Virus record (IMG/VR): IMGVR_UViG_3300017970_000002
Coordinates: 1 to 59,885 of that record
Direction: 5' to 3' (one strand)
From: a virus
Lineage: Duplodnaviria; Caudoviricetes
DNA length: 59,885 bases
This document shows positions 36,832-46,911 of the stretch, one piece after another. The number at the start of each line of letters is the position of its first letter. Within the stretch, counting starts at the first letter, position 1. A program made the translations under genes and the position numbers. The notes beneath the pieces were generated by a model that had not been told where the DNA came from, did not search any database, and saw nothing but the letters and a program-made list of their open reading frames with translations.

Positions 36832-37241
36832 AACTTACCCGTTGCGAGCACGTTACCCGTCACGACGATCTGGTAGCTGATAGTCCCTTGCGTGCCTGGA
36901 GGTACCGCTGCAACTGGTAGAAACAGGCCGGTTATGCTCCCTCCGTAGGCATTGAAGCTCCACTCAACAGCCTGTAACCCAATAGCGCCAGGTAATGGGA
37001 TGCTCTCACTCCGCACGAGGCCCCTGCCAATGTAACATGCTGTTTCGAGTGACTTAACCTTGGTCGATGTGGTCTTGTTGAACGTCGGCGTGATGAAGCA
37101 TATGACACGCGCCTGCACCGGAGAGCTGGCGATCGCCGTAGCCGTAATGACCTCGGTGCCAGGTGCGACCGTGATTGTGCCATTCGGCAGCGTCTGTGCA
37201 GCAATCGCCGTGATCGTCAGAATGACCAGCAGCATGCGCAT
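36828..37241 (-). CDS. Secreted protein
   Basis: Signal peptide ending AIAA/Q. Confidence 0.65.
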   Translation of the reverse strand: MRMLLVILTITAIAAQTLPNGTITVAPGTEVITATAIASSPVQARVICFITPTFNKTTSTKVKSLETACYIGRGLVRSESIPLPGAIGLQAVEWSFNAYGGSITGLFLPVAAVPPGTQGTISYQIVVTGNVLATGKF

Positions 37242-37465
37242 CTGTCGTTGTTCTCCCCTCTAGCCGCGTCAAGGCGCTCCTTCCAGTACTTGATGATCAA
37301 CTCCTCACGCCCGCCGACGTTCAGTTCCTTGTAGCACTGGTGCGCGTACGCCTTGAATGTGTCCTGGCTGATGCCCAAGGCTGGCGCAAGTAGCTTGTAC
37401 GGGGACGGATCGGTAGCCAGCGTCTGTGCAATCTGCCTGAGACGCGGGGGCAGTCTGTCAATCAT
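37217..37465 (-). CDS. LuxR-type HTH protein
   Basis: 'LPPRLRQIA..YK.LA..LGISQDTFK.Y....YKELNV..REEL'. Confidence 0.75.
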   Translation of the reverse strand: MIDRLPPRLRQIAQTLATDPSPYKLLAPALGISQDTFKAYAHQCYKELNVGGREELIIKYWKERLDAARGENNDRCACCWSF

Positions 37466-38160
37466 CCGGGTCCCGTTCTGCACATGCCCGCGCCTGACGT
37501 AGTAAGCCCCGAATTGAGAGGCAACGCCGCCAGTATCTCGTACATGACATTCACTACGTTGCATGCCTGGTTCCCACAGATAGGCTCTGGCGTCGCTGCC
37601 AATGCGTACTCGATCATGGTCATCACATCCGACATCCCCACAGTGTCACTGCCGCTTAGAGAGCACGGCGACACAACAGGGAATGTCCCTACCACCGGGT
37701 TGAGCTGCGTCATCATGGCAGAGCCAGGCGGCGTTACGCCCAACTGGTTGAGTATCGCAATGGGCTCGCTGACGTACACAGGGTTCTGCCCAACTGTGAG
37801 GCTTAGTAACGCCACAGGTCCGTTCCCTATGAGGTTCCCATTGAGCCCGTAAACGATGCAGGTGATGGTGCCCGTCGTTGTGGAGGTAACCGCCGGTTGA
37901 AACGTGCTGCAAGCTATCTGCTTGACTGCTGCTGTTGCAGCACTACCTACCGCACCCGTTATGTTCGTGATGTCAGAAGTCGTCGTGAATGTGAACTGCA
38001 ACGCGGCGGGCCCCTGTGGAAAGGCAACTCCCGTGAGTACGATTTGCTCGATGCCGCTTGTGCCAGGAGGGACGGCTGCAACTGGCGGCCCTAATGAAAG
38101 CGTCACCTGTGCAGCACAGGCACAGACGAATATCAGCGCGGCAGCAGTAGCTCTCAGCAA
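37462..38160 (-). CDS. Secreted cohesin-like protein with dockerin-like C-terminus
   Basis: Signal peptide; 'PAALQFT','G.AATAA.K.I.C','GLN.N.I..G.VA'; 'V..SDV..I..AL'. Confidence 0.65.
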   Translation of the reverse strand: MLRATAAALIFVCACAAQVTLSLGPPVAAVPPGTSGIEQIVLTGVAFPQGPAALQFTFTTTSDITNITGAVGSAATAAVKQIACSTFQPAVTSTTTGTITCIVYGLNGNLIGNGPVALLSLTVGQNPVYVSEPIAILNQLGVTPPGSAMMTQLNPVVGTFPVVSPCSLSGSDTVGMSDVMTMIEYALAATPEPICGNQACNVVNVMYEILAALPLNSGLTTSGAGMCRTGPG

Positions 38161-38162
38161 GG

Positions 38163-38465
38163 CTATTTCCTCCGTGGGCGCTCCTCACGCAGCCACTCGT
38201 CGTCTCGCTTCTCGATCCGCTCCTTGAATTTCTCAAGCTGTGCGACCCTCCACCAGAGTAGTGCGAGGATCGCCGTGTTGACTGGCTGTAAAACGTCGGG
38301 GACGTTAAGCGCCTCAGCCCTGAGCAAAGGCATGAACACCGCCGCTGCCTGCATGACCGTGATTGCGACTAGGCCAATCGTGATCGGCCACCGGGCGAAC
38401 CATACGAAATGGTGTATCACAGTCTCTATCCTAGAGCACGTACGCTCCTGCTGCTGCGCCTGCAT
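38163..38465 (-). CDS. Membrane protein (holin-like)
   Basis: Two hydrophobic segments and a charged tail. Confidence 0.5.
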   Translation of the reverse strand: MQAQQQERTCSRIETVIHHFVWFARWPITIGLVAITVMQAAAVFMPLLRAEALNVPDVLQPVNTAILALLWWRVAQLEKFKERIEKRDDEWLREERPRRK

Positions 38466-38539
38466 TTCGGATCTCCTCTCAACCCTAAGGATCTACCTGG
38501 AAGCGGCGCCCGTGCCGACATTTCGGTTCATTTTAGCAC

Positions 38540-39586
38540 TTAATGGGCGCGCAATTTGTCTAGAACTTCACGGAAAGTCGCGTCGGACATCGAGTCGTAT
38601 CCTGCGGCTTTTGCTAACATGGCACGCTGCTCCGCATTGGCACTTTCGAGCAGGTTGGCATCCACCCCCGAGCTGTGGGCTAAGTCGGCTATTTTGGTGG
38701 CTTTAGCTGAGCGCGCGGCGGACTCTGGGGTAGGATATTTCGACGCGGCTGGTAGCTTTGACTCAGGCATCGAGGGAAGGGATTCCGAGGGGCGTGACTT
38801 TGGTGCAGGGCGCGGGCGTGCATATGATTTCCCTGTGCCCGGTTCCTCACCCGGCGTGAATCTCAACTGTCGTGAAATCCCCGGTTTAACCTGAAATGCG
38901 GGCTTGTATTCTGCCGCCGCTTCCTCGGCCTGAGGTACCATCCCGAATATCTTGCGTACTCGGTTGACCAAGCTCAGTGCGTGAGCCGCTTGAGGAAATG
39001 CAACGCCAGCGATGTCCTGGACTACGCCGCCAGTTGGTAGCTTTGACACCGCAGCACCGACGCCGCGCGCTGCTGCGCCAGCCCCGCGCATGAGTGGCTC
39101 CCGCGCGAACGGTGCCGCGAGTTCCATCGCGTGTGCAGTTGCCTGACCCGGTTTCCCTTCGCCGTACTCCTCGCCGATCTGCGCGGCTGCTGGACCGACG
39201 AACGGAATCATACCCGCAAGCCCATGTCCAGCAGCCTCTACGTACTCCTTACGCCCGAATGCCTCTTTGGCCTTCTGCTGCTCTGCGCGCCGGGCTGCTG
39301 TAGCGTCTGCCAGCGTATCCAACGGATGCAGCCCAGCGCGGATCACAGTAGCCGGTAGTCCAATTACGTCATTGACAAGCGTTCGTCCGAACCCTTGATC
39401 CTGCTGACTGGTGTCCTTAGCCTGTGGACGCTCCCCCACAACCTTCAACTGGTCGTATCCATGCAGACCTGCGAAGTTCGGGTCCACAGTACGCATGACT
39501 TTGACCCTTTCAGGAACAGGTAAGGACCAGAAGTTGTCGTCCTTGAGTACTTCGGCAGGCGTTGGCACGCTACTGCCCCATGCCAA
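38540..39586 (-). CDS. Internal virion / DNA ejection protein
   Basis: Ala/Gly-rich; third of three ejection-type genes. Confidence 0.6.
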   Translation of the reverse strand: MAWGSSVPTPAEVLKDDNFWSLPVPERVKVMRTVDPNFAGLHGYDQLKVVGERPQAKDTSQQDQGFGRTLVNDVIGLPATVIRAGLHPLDTLADATAARRAEQQKAKEAFGRKEYVEAAGHGLAGMIPFVGPAAAQIGEEYGEGKPGQATAHAMELAAPFAREPLMRGAGAAARGVGAAVSKLPTGGVVQDIAGVAFPQAAHALSLVNRVRKIFGMVPQAEEAAAEYKPAFQVKPGISRQLRFTPGEEPGTGKSYARPRPAPKSRPSESLPSMPESKLPAASKYPTPESAARSAKATKIADLAHSSGVDANLLESANAEQRAMLAKAAGYDSMSDATFREVLDKLRAH

Positions 39587-41585
39587 TGGATTTCAGGTAA
39601 TCAGCGGCGTTTGTGGGCTTAGGGCCGCCGCCTGTGGCAGGAGGTGGAGATGTACGCTGCGGAGCACCTGTTGCTTGACCAGCAGGTCCGGAGATCATCT
39701 GCTGTTGGAGATCCTGCACTGTCTTGTTCATAGCCTGCAATTCAGCCTTGGCACCGACACCAATCTGCTGGACTTCGGCAGCCATCTCGGGTAGCGTCGA
39801 GTCCAGTGACAGGATCTTGTCCATGCTCTCGGAGGTGTGAACAGGTAGCATCGCGCGGGATTGGGCACCACCTGCTGTCAAGTAGGCGTACTCGCGCTGG
39901 ATTTCGTTCAGCGCGACCTGTGCGCGTTTGAAATCCGGGTCACTTACCGCGAGCCGTGACCACTCGCGGACGGGACGATTCAGCAGCGGCGATCCGGTAT
40001 CCTTGAGCTTCTGTGCCACATCGAGCAGGATCTTGCCATGCGTGTCGATCGTGTTATTGAGTCGCTGGATCGCGCCGGAGCGCTGCACAGTCTCGCCGAT
40101 CTGTTTCGCCAGCGCCGGAGTCTCGGTCAACCGCGCAGTGAGCGTCATCGGATCGAGGCCCGTCTGCTTTGCAATGATCCGTAACCCTTCCTGCGCGCGT
40201 ACCTGCCCAGCCTTGCCACCTCCGCGCCCACCGGAGGTCCCAGTGAGCGTGCTGAGGTAATAGAGCACGTCGTCGGATTGCTGCTGCGTCAGCTTGCCGA
40301 ATGGCGTCTGCACAGTAGAGGCTTGTGCGGGCTGGCGTGGAATCGCTGAAGGTGCAGGCGTTGTAGGCCGCGTCGATCCACCACCAGTGCCTGGCAGCGT
40401 GGACGGCGGCATATTCGGGAGCGCGGACTTCGGCACGCCGCTCCCGGCGCCGATCCCGGATAGTGTGCGGTCGATCGCAATCTGCTGCTCCTGCCGACCG
40501 ATCTGCACGCCATAATGCTTGTAGACCATATCACCAGCAGCTTTGCGCGCCTGTTCGTCTGACAATCCTTGGCCGCGCGCCGCTTGGTAATACCGCCCGA
40601 ACTCTCCCCAGTACTTCGCACGCTCCTCAGCACCGGCTAACGACTTGTCCACGAGCGTGAATTGACCTTGTTCGAGTGCTGTTCCAGTCGCGGCGTCAAA
40701 GACCTTACCAGGATCGCGCGGGTCCGCCCAGCCGACGTTTAACTCCTCTGATCCAGGCTTCTTGTAGAGGACCTGCGTCATGTTGTGCGCGCCTTGCGCC
40801 GGGAGAGGCTGCCTGCCAAATACGGAGACGAATGCAGCCTCGCGTGCCGACTTCGGGTCCATTCCGCCACCCTCAGGTGACTGAAAGAACTTGGTGCGCT
40901 CTCCCAGTTGAGTCATCGTCTCCTTCTCTGACTCGGCAGACTCAGCGCGCTTACGCGTCTGACCTAGTTGATACGTGCGCTCCTCGGCAGCTTGATTGGC
41001 TCCCTGAATGTCCTTGCCCATCTGCGCAAGATACGCGAACCTCGGGTTCATCGCGGGCGGCGGCGCTGCCCCCGGTACACCACCAGCAGGCACAGGAGTT
41101 GCAGGCGCAGGAGCCGCAGGTGTAGCAGCTCTGGCCTTTTGTGCAGCAGGATCGAATTGCATCAGATTCGGCTGCGTTGGCTGCGCTTGTCCAGGAGCTG
41201 CGCCAGGAGCCGTAGCCGCATACGCCTTGTTGATCGCCTGCTGCTGAGCCTGCTGCTTCTGCTGTTGCTGACGCTGCTTCAGGAGCTGCGAAACCTTGCT
41301 ACCGATCTCGCCGATGTTGCCGAGCTGCCCTTCCTTGACCGCTTTCTTCGCGCCGGGAAACGAGCTCTCGGTCGTCTCCTGCATCTGACCGAAGATGTTG
41401 CTTACGTCATCCCAGAGCCGGGGATCGCCAGTCTTCTCAGCCGCGTCGATTGCGCCCTTCAACGCAAACTCGTGCATGCGCATGTCGTTCTTGTACTCGG
41501 CGAACTTCTTCATCATGTCGATCTGGCCAGCCTGCTGCGACTTGCCTACGAAGTGACCGACGAGTGGACCGAGGAGCGCTGCCAT
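39570..41585 (-). CDS. Internal virion / DNA ejection protein
   Basis: Gln/Ala/Pro-rich helical protein; podovirus position. Confidence 0.6.
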   Translation of the reverse strand: MAALLGPLVGHFVGKSQQAGQIDMMKKFAEYKNDMRMHEFALKGAIDAAEKTGDPRLWDDVSNIFGQMQETTESSFPGAKKAVKEGQLGNIGEIGSKVSQLLKQRQQQQKQQAQQQAINKAYAATAPGAAPGQAQPTQPNLMQFDPAAQKARAATPAAPAPATPVPAGGVPGAAPPPAMNPRFAYLAQMGKDIQGANQAAEERTYQLGQTRKRAESAESEKETMTQLGERTKFFQSPEGGGMDPKSAREAAFVSVFGRQPLPAQGAHNMTQVLYKKPGSEELNVGWADPRDPGKVFDAATGTALEQGQFTLVDKSLAGAEERAKYWGEFGRYYQAARGQGLSDEQARKAAGDMVYKHYGVQIGRQEQQIAIDRTLSGIGAGSGVPKSALPNMPPSTLPGTGGGSTRPTTPAPSAIPRQPAQASTVQTPFGKLTQQQSDDVLYYLSTLTGTSGGRGGGKAGQVRAQEGLRIIAKQTGLDPMTLTARLTETPALAKQIGETVQRSGAIQRLNNTIDTHGKILLDVAQKLKDTGSPLLNRPVREWSRLAVSDPDFKRAQVALNEIQREYAYLTAGGAQSRAMLPVHTSESMDKILSLDSTLPEMAAEVQQIGVGAKAELQAMNKTVQDLQQQMISGPAGQATGAPQRTSPPPATGGGPKPTNAADYLKSIGMGQ

Positions 41586-41588
41586 AGA

Positions 41589-42161
41589 TTACGCCATAGC
41601 GGCCAGCATAGCCGGGTCCATTCCGCCAGAAGCTGCTAGACCAAGCTCGGCACCGCCCATTTGGCCTTGGGTCGCCTGCGATTGTTTGCCTAGCAGACCT
41701 TGAAGCGCTTGGCTGAAAGCACCCGCCGAGAGGTTGCCGAGTCCTGTGACAGCGTTCAGCTCCTCGCCCGCTAGTCCGGCCATTCCCTGCGCCGCGCCCT
41801 GCTGCGCCTGCGAGATCAAATTCGTCTCTTGGCCGGACGTGGTGAATGGTATCTGACTGAGCGCTTGCGTTTGCCCGCCACCTTGTGGTGTGAACTCAGC
41901 CAAGTTCTTGGCCTGCTGCGCGCCCTGCTGTTGAATGGTAGAGATCTCAGGCGCCATTGCCTTGGTGATATCCGATAGGTTGCCGCTGAGGATGCCTGAG
42001 TAATAGTTCTGCGCCTGTCCTAATCCCTGCTGAGCCATTGGCGCAAACGTTCCGAATCCGTACTCCTGCGCCAAGTTGCCAGTGTTCAGGAGGTCATTGA
42101 CTTCAGACTGAATCGGCGCGCCTTCAATGGACCCCATTAGGCTGCTGAACAACCCCGGCAT
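41589..42161 (-). CDS. Pilot/ejection protein (P22 gp7-like)
   Basis: Gly/Gln/Ala-rich; follows GNAT-like gene. Confidence 0.6.
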   Translation of the reverse strand: MPGLFSSLMGSIEGAPIQSEVNDLLNTGNLAQEYGFGTFAPMAQQGLGQAQNYYSGILSGNLSDITKAMAPEISTIQQQGAQQAKNLAEFTPQGGGQTQALSQIPFTTSGQETNLISQAQQGAAQGMAGLAGEELNAVTGLGNLSAGAFSQALQGLLGKQSQATQGQMGGAELGLAASGGMDPAMLAAMA

Positions 42162-42597
42162 TCACGGCCTCCTTTCTCATGTCAGCGCCCGATGCGAATG
42201 ACTCCTTGATGCCCTTGCACATGATCGCTACGCCTGTGAGCTCGTCCAGCCCACAGACCTCGGCGATCCGCTTCGTATGTGATGTATCAACGAACGAGAA
42301 CATCGGCAGGCTGGCGAATACGGACGTGCGCTTGGCTTCCTCGACTTGCTTGAAGAGCGACTTGAGATACACCCGCCCGGCGTGTCTTCCGTCAATCACG
42401 AGTGGCTCAATGTGAATCGCTACCTGCATGAACCAGCACGCAATGATCTCCCCCTCGAACTCAGCCACCGCCGCGCGTGCGAATCTCCAGCTAGGGATAA
42501 TGTCTCGACGAATGCCAACGCGTCCGAAGAACTCGACGATCTTAGGCCACTCAGCTTCTCCCGAGATGATCCGGTAGGTTACCCGAGGTGCTTCCAT
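42124..42597 (-). CDS. GNAT-fold protein (podovirus gp13/gp14-like)
   Basis: 'AVAEFEGEIIA..HIEPLVID..H.G', 'CGL'; TATAAT 7 nt before ATG. Confidence 0.65.
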   Translation of the reverse strand: MEAPRVTYRIISGEAEWPKIVEFFGRVGIRRDIIPSWRFARAAVAEFEGEIIACWFMQVAIHIEPLVIDGRHAGRVYLKSLFKQVEEAKRTSVFASLPMFSFVDTSHTKRIAEVCGLDELTGVAIMCKGIKESFASGADMRKEAVNAGVVQQPNGVH

Positions 42598-42759
42598 TGC
42601 GCTGATTATACTCCCGTTCCGACGCGCGGGCCATAGCCTGCTTGAACTTACGGTCGTATCTAGCGAGCATGGCACCGAACCGGCCTCTGGTGCGTTCGCG
42701 TTGGGCAGCTACCATGCGGCTGCGCCCAGAGCACATTCCCGCCTCAGCAACGGATCGCG

Positions 42760-43338
42760 CTAGTTCCCGCACCAGATCCCCGCTATTGATGAATTCGCGC
42801 AGTCAGCGACGCTGGTCAACGTAGCGTCCGCCCCGGTCCCCTTCTGCACCTGCAACTGCGCGGTGCCATTGGCCGTAACGGTGAATTGCCAGACCCCAGC
42901 GACGGTGAACCTCGATGGCTGCGACTCGACCTTTACCTGCGGATTACCAGCCTGACCGGCATTTGGATTAACGATGGTCGTCGAGACTGTAGCGGCGGCC
43001 AATCCCGTGACCATGCACTGCACCAGGAACGGGTATCCAAGGTCCGCTGCGTCCTTGATATCGAACGTAACGGCGCCGAATACCGTCCAGAGGCCAGGCC
43101 GCGCGAACGTAATCATGCAATTGGTCAATGTGCCCCAACTCGGCGCCACCGGGACCATGACCGTACCGCTCCCAATAGCGAACACTCCAGCCGGGGATAA
43201 CTGCCCTTGAATCTGATAGATGTCGTCGAATGCGCGGCGGAACGCCTGCTGCATCCATTGCGGGGTGTTTGGTGGATAAGTAGGGTACCAGAGGCCTGAG
43301 CCTGGCGCGAGCGGCGCGAAGATCGGATTCGTCGCCAT
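42760..43338 (-). CDS. Tail/needle-like structural protein
   Basis: Short helix followed by C1q/TNF-like beta domain. Confidence 0.5.
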   Translation of the reverse strand: MATNPIFAPLAPGSGLWYPTYPPNTPQWMQQAFRRAFDDIYQIQGQLSPAGVFAIGSGTVMVPVAPSWGTLTNCMITFARPGLWTVFGAVTFDIKDAADLGYPFLVQCMVTGLAAATVSTTIVNPNAGQAGNPQVKVESQPSRFTVAGVWQFTVTANGTAQLQVQKGTGADATLTSVADCANSSIAGIWCGN

Positions 43339-43679
43339 CAGCAGAACGCGAAGACGTTGACCTTCATCGCAGCGGTCGAGAACACCCAGAACGCCATAAG
43401 CGGGACGTTCTGCTCGCCGGAGCCAGTGCCAAAGCCTTGGATCGGCGCCACTGACGATGTTGAGGTAAGCGCTAGGCCATACCGTGACGCGCCGATCTTC
43501 GCATCACCAATCAGCAGCGTACCGGTTACCGAGCTATCAGCTTGGATATACAGCTCCTTGACGGTTTGGGGAACGGTAGGCTCGATTGCCTGCAATAGCG
43601 CAATCAATTGCTGCGCCGTGCTTGTCGTGAGTGTCACCTGAATTCCAAACCAATTGTGTGCTGAACCCGCTGCTGGCAT
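43338..43679 (-). CDS. Small beta-rich virion protein
   Basis: Similar to the C-terminal domain of 59282..59803. Confidence 0.6.
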   Translation of the reverse strand: MPAAGSAHNWFGIQVTLTTSTAQQLIALLQAIEPTVPQTVKELYIQADSSVTGTLLIGDAKIGASRYGLALTSTSSVAPIQGFGTGSGEQNVPLMAFWVFSTAAMKVNVFAFC

Positions 43680-43688
43680 CGCGTCCTC

Positions 43689-45095
43689 CTAACTCCCTGT
43701 ATTCTCGCACGTTTCCACGTGGCTGATCGATGGAACAATCGTTGGACATGTAACCGGCGTAGGCACTGGCGGAATCGGTTGTGTCTCGACGATCAGCGTC
43801 AGTTTACCCTGCTTCTGAGCCGCTGTGGCATCGAACTGCACGGCGACCTCAACTTCCAACGAGCCTTCCTTTTGAGCTGCCGTCGCATCAAATGTCTTGC
43901 CTGAGCCAACGAGGGTTGCTGATAATACTCCAGCCTTCTGTGCTGCTACAGCGTGAATCGTATCAAACACTTCAATGGCCAGCGCACCGGCGCGTTGCAA
44001 CATCTGCGCCGCAAGCTGCTTGGTCTTGGTTATCGAAACGGTGAGCACTCCCTGCTTCTCGGCGGCGGTTGCATCGAATGCTGTAGCAACCGCCCGATTA
44101 AGTGCCCCTTGCTTCGTGCTCGCTGTAGCGTCAAGCTGCGTAAAGACTTTGCGACCGAGCGTTGCCGACTTCGTGTGCGCTGTCGCTGTCAAGTCCGCTG
44201 TAATTACGAATGACTTCGTGACAAGGAGTCGGCGCTTCGGTAGGACCAGCCCGTACGGGTAATTCGACAGCTCCGCGATCTCGTCGCCACCGAGCGCGCG
44301 CTTCCAGATCGCAAACATCTGCGCGGTGCCTTGGCAGTAGCGCGAATCCGAGTAGTTCGGCGTGTACATGAAACGCGCGACTGTCGCTGTGTTTGTGACG
44401 CTCCACGAGCTGGCCGACCCGTAGAGCATTCCGTTCATCCAGATCTGTTGAATCGAGCGCTTCGTTGACGCCACGCAGAAGATGATGACGTAGCTGCCGT
44501 GCAACTTGGCTTGGCCTTCATTGCCAGCCGTGATGCTGTCCAGTGCTGTATAAGATCCTGACGGCGAACCCTCGGGGAAGAACGATGGGTACCCGAAGTA
44601 CACACCCTCGCCAGTGCCCGCCACGTACATGCCGAATCCATTCGATGACCCATCGCCGATCGCCATGACCGTCGAGTACCCGCCTGAGACGCCTGGCTGC
44701 GAGGCCGAGAACCCGACGATCGCCATCATCGTGAACTCGCCCATCGAGAAGCTGAGATTTGAGAGCGTGCCCACGTACTGGGAATCGGCATTCAGGCAGA
44801 CGAGACCAGAACCATCCGGGTCCCACGCCGGGGAGCCAGAGGTTGAGAAAGTAGACGGGACACCGGCGCCAGCCTGTGCCGCGATCTGATGGATCGTCGA
44901 GCCGATGCCTTCGTTCAATGGGATGAGCGCAACTAGGCCGGTCGCGGATGGATGCGCGGAATTGAATAGCGCATTAGGCCCTGGACGCCAGCCACCTGCG
45001 GATGGAGACGGCGTATCGGCTGGAGAAAGCCCCGGTACGTACCACTGCGGCGATCGCGGCGGATTTACACGCTGGAATACGAGCGGCCCAGGCAT
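43689..45095 (-). CDS. LamG/concanavalin-like fibre protein with ~22-aa repeats
   Basis: 'LNEG.G', 'WMNG', 'FAIWKRAL...EI..L...PY'; repeats 'FDATAAQKxGxL'. Confidence 0.75.
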   Translation of the reverse strand: MPGPLVFQRVNPPRSPQWYVPGLSPADTPSPSAGGWRPGPNALFNSAHPSATGLVALIPLNEGIGSTIHQIAAQAGAGVPSTFSTSGSPAWDPDGSGLVCLNADSQYVGTLSNLSFSMGEFTMMAIVGFSASQPGVSGGYSTVMAIGDGSSNGFGMYVAGTGEGVYFGYPSFFPEGSPSGSYTALDSITAGNEGQAKLHGSYVIIFCVASTKRSIQQIWMNGMLYGSASSWSVTNTATVARFMYTPNYSDSRYCQGTAQMFAIWKRALGGDEIAELSNYPYGLVLPKRRLLVTKSFVITADLTATAHTKSATLGRKVFTQLDATASTKQGALNRAVATAFDATAAEKQGVLTVSITKTKQLAAQMLQRAGALAIEVFDTIHAVAAQKAGVLSATLVGSGKTFDATAAQKEGSLEVEVAVQFDATAAQKQGKLTLIVETQPIPPVPTPVTCPTIVPSISHVETCENTGS

Positions 45096-45098
45096 CGA

Positions 45099-45578
45099 TC
45101 ACACCTGAGCGTACACTCCCTGGTACTCTGCGCTACAACCGGAGGAAGCAAATGCCGCGCCGGAATTGTTGACGACTACGATGCCCCAGTAGGACGGGAG
45201 CACGCCACCGAATGCCGAGGCGACCGACAGGGGTTCGCTGACGTAAGTCGTGGAATCCACGTTGACGAATAGGGTGCCAATCCGGCGCAGGTTCGTCGGG
45301 TTGTTCAGCGTGATCGAGCCGTTCGTGCCCGTGATCCCCTCGGGATAGTTCGCACCGTCATCCACCGATCCGTAGGCGTAGATATCTGCGGTGCCATTGG
45401 CGCTGACGCCCGACGCAGCCGCTACAATAATAACAACAACCAACGCCTCAAGGAATAGATTGGTCGTGTTCTCAATGACAGTGGAGGCTTGCGCGTCTGA
45501 CTGGCCAAGTGAGTTGAGTGTAATGGTGATCGACTGCGCGTCGGAGCCGTACGCGATGTTGATCGGGGTTGAGGCCAT
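45099..45578 (-). CDS. Virion structural protein
   Basis: 'SVASAFGG.LP.YWGIVVVN.SG.A' phage motif. Confidence 0.7.
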   Translation of the reverse strand: MASTPINIAYGSDAQSITITLNSLGQSDAQASTVIENTTNLFLEALVVVIIVAAASGVSANGTADIYAYGSVDDGANYPEGITGTNGSITLNNPTNLRRIGTLFVNVDSTTYVSEPLSVASAFGGVLPSYWGIVVVNNSGAAFASSGCSAEYQGVYAQV

Positions 45579-45581
45579 CGG

Positions 45582-46181
45582 TTAAGAGCCGCCAGATGGG
45601 AATGTAACCTGGTATGTAAACTGGATCGAGTTCCCGCTTACTACGTTATATGCGCTGAACACCCGGTGATCCCAGAGCGTGCCTGACGTGCTCGCACTGA
45701 ACAAACCCCACTCGGTGATTGCAAACGACGACGTGTACGAGAGCGTCGCCACGGTCTGATAGACGTTGGTCGAGCCTGGCGTCGATTGCGTTCCTGCTAC
45801 ACGCGAGTTCCCGGTCGGCGTCTGAAGCGCGGTATCCGTTACGGCAGCGGCAGTGGTCCCCGTTCCCGAGTCATGATAGTTGAAGTCCGAGGTCGAGGCG
45901 CCACCGGCGAAGGTCGCGGCTTCGTACGCTACACCAACATTCGTCACGAGCCCGAAGACGATGACGAACGCCAACGCCGCCGTGTACCAACCAAGCCAGA
46001 AGCCCAGAGCGCACAGTGCAGCGAGGATCAGGAGTTTGGCCCAAAGCGGGACCTGGGGCTGCTCGATGATGTTGACAGGCCCCTCAGAGATCACCCCAAG
46101 GTCCTCGATTACCGCTCCATCAGGCCCCAGTACCTTAGCCGATAATTTCGCGTACCGAGACCGAGAAGCAGCTTCCATCAC
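45582..46181 (-). CDS. Tail-associated protein with internal hydrophobic hairpin
   Basis: 'LVTN.G','SGTGTT','ITEWGLF','IQFTY'. Confidence 0.75.
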   Translation of the reverse strand: MMEAASRSRYAKLSAKVLGPDGAVIEDLGVISEGPVNIIEQPQVPLWAKLLILAALCALGFWLGWYTAALAFVIVFGLVTNVGVAYEAATFAGGASTSDFNYHDSGTGTTAAAVTDTALQTPTGNSRVAGTQSTPGSTNVYQTVATLSYTSSFAITEWGLFSASTSGTLWDHRVFSAYNVVSGNSIQFTYQVTFPSGGS

Positions 46182-46187
46182 AGTGGA

Positions 46188-46610
46188 TTATAGGCCACCA
46201 GAGGGGAACACGCAACTATACGTGAACTCGATCGTGTTCCCACTGATCACGTTGATGGCATCGAAGATGCGGTGATCCCAGAGGGTGCCACCGGTAGGCG
46301 CGCTGAATAGACCCCACTCCGTGATCGGGCCAGCGGCACCATAGGATATCGTCGCAACCGTCTGGTAGACGTTCGTGCTCGGGCCAGGCGTGGACTGGGT
46401 GCCTAAGACACGCGCTGGCCCAGCCGGGTCCTCCAATGCCGTATCGGTAACGGCGGCAGGAGTCGTTCCGGTGCCAGAGTCATGATAGTTGATTGCCGAG
46501 ACCTGAGGACCGCCAGCGAAGGCATTCACTTCGTACTGGACACCAGCGTTGGTCACAAGACCGACAACGAAGCAGCCCAAGACGAGCAGTGCCACGCTAA
46601 GTAGAATCAT
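46188..46610 (-). CDS. Paralog of 45582..46181, C-terminal part
   Basis: Near-identical motifs; ATG at 46610 (MILLSV..) or reached by frameshift. Confidence 0.7.
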   Translation of the reverse strand: MILLSVALLVLGCFVVGLVTNAGVQYEVNAFAGGPQVSAINYHDSGTGTTPAAVTDTALEDPAGPARVLGTQSTPGPSTNVYQTVATISYGAAGPITEWGLFSAPTGGTLWDHRIFDAINVISGNTIEFTYSCVFPSGGL

Positions 46611-46767
46611 CTGCCTTACCGCCAGGCTCTTCCTGCTGCGCGTTATCCTCAGCCTTTTCAACAGGCTCAACCTCTGAAACCACGCCATAATCGCGGATCA
46701 AGTTGCCATCCTTGTCCAAAAGTTTAGCCGAGAGGGTCCCTCTGCGAGGGGGCACTTTAGCTTCCAT
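46597..46767 (-). CDS. 56-aa ORF, N-terminal part of the same paralog
   Basis: MEAKVPPRRGTLSAKLLDKDGNLIRDYGVVSE aligns with MEAASRSRYAKLSAKVLGPDGAVIEDLGVISE. Confidence 0.7.
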   Translation of the reverse strand: MEAKVPPRRGTLSAKLLDKDGNLIRDYGVVSEVEPVEKAEDNAQQEEPGGKADDST

Positions 46768-46877
46768 ATAAACGGATTATGCCACGGATGTGTCAGAAAT
46801 TGGAAGGGCTTGGACGACTTGTTAGGGCAAGTCTGCGGTGCAAGCCCCTCCGCTCACAAGGGATACGATCTGCACAC

Positions 46878-46907
46878 AGCATATGGTATGAGGACGCTAA
46901 TTGTCAA
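46878..46907 (-). promoter_or_regulatory. Internal promoter followed by structured leader
   Basis: TTGACA-N18-TATGCT. Confidence 0.5.
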
Positions 46908-46911
46908 CTAG

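Noticed and set aside
42551-42772. 73-aa ORF in the gap before the GNAT-like gene
   Set aside because: No SD or motif; TATAAT 7 nt before the next ATG suggests a promoter region instead, though this is unresolved
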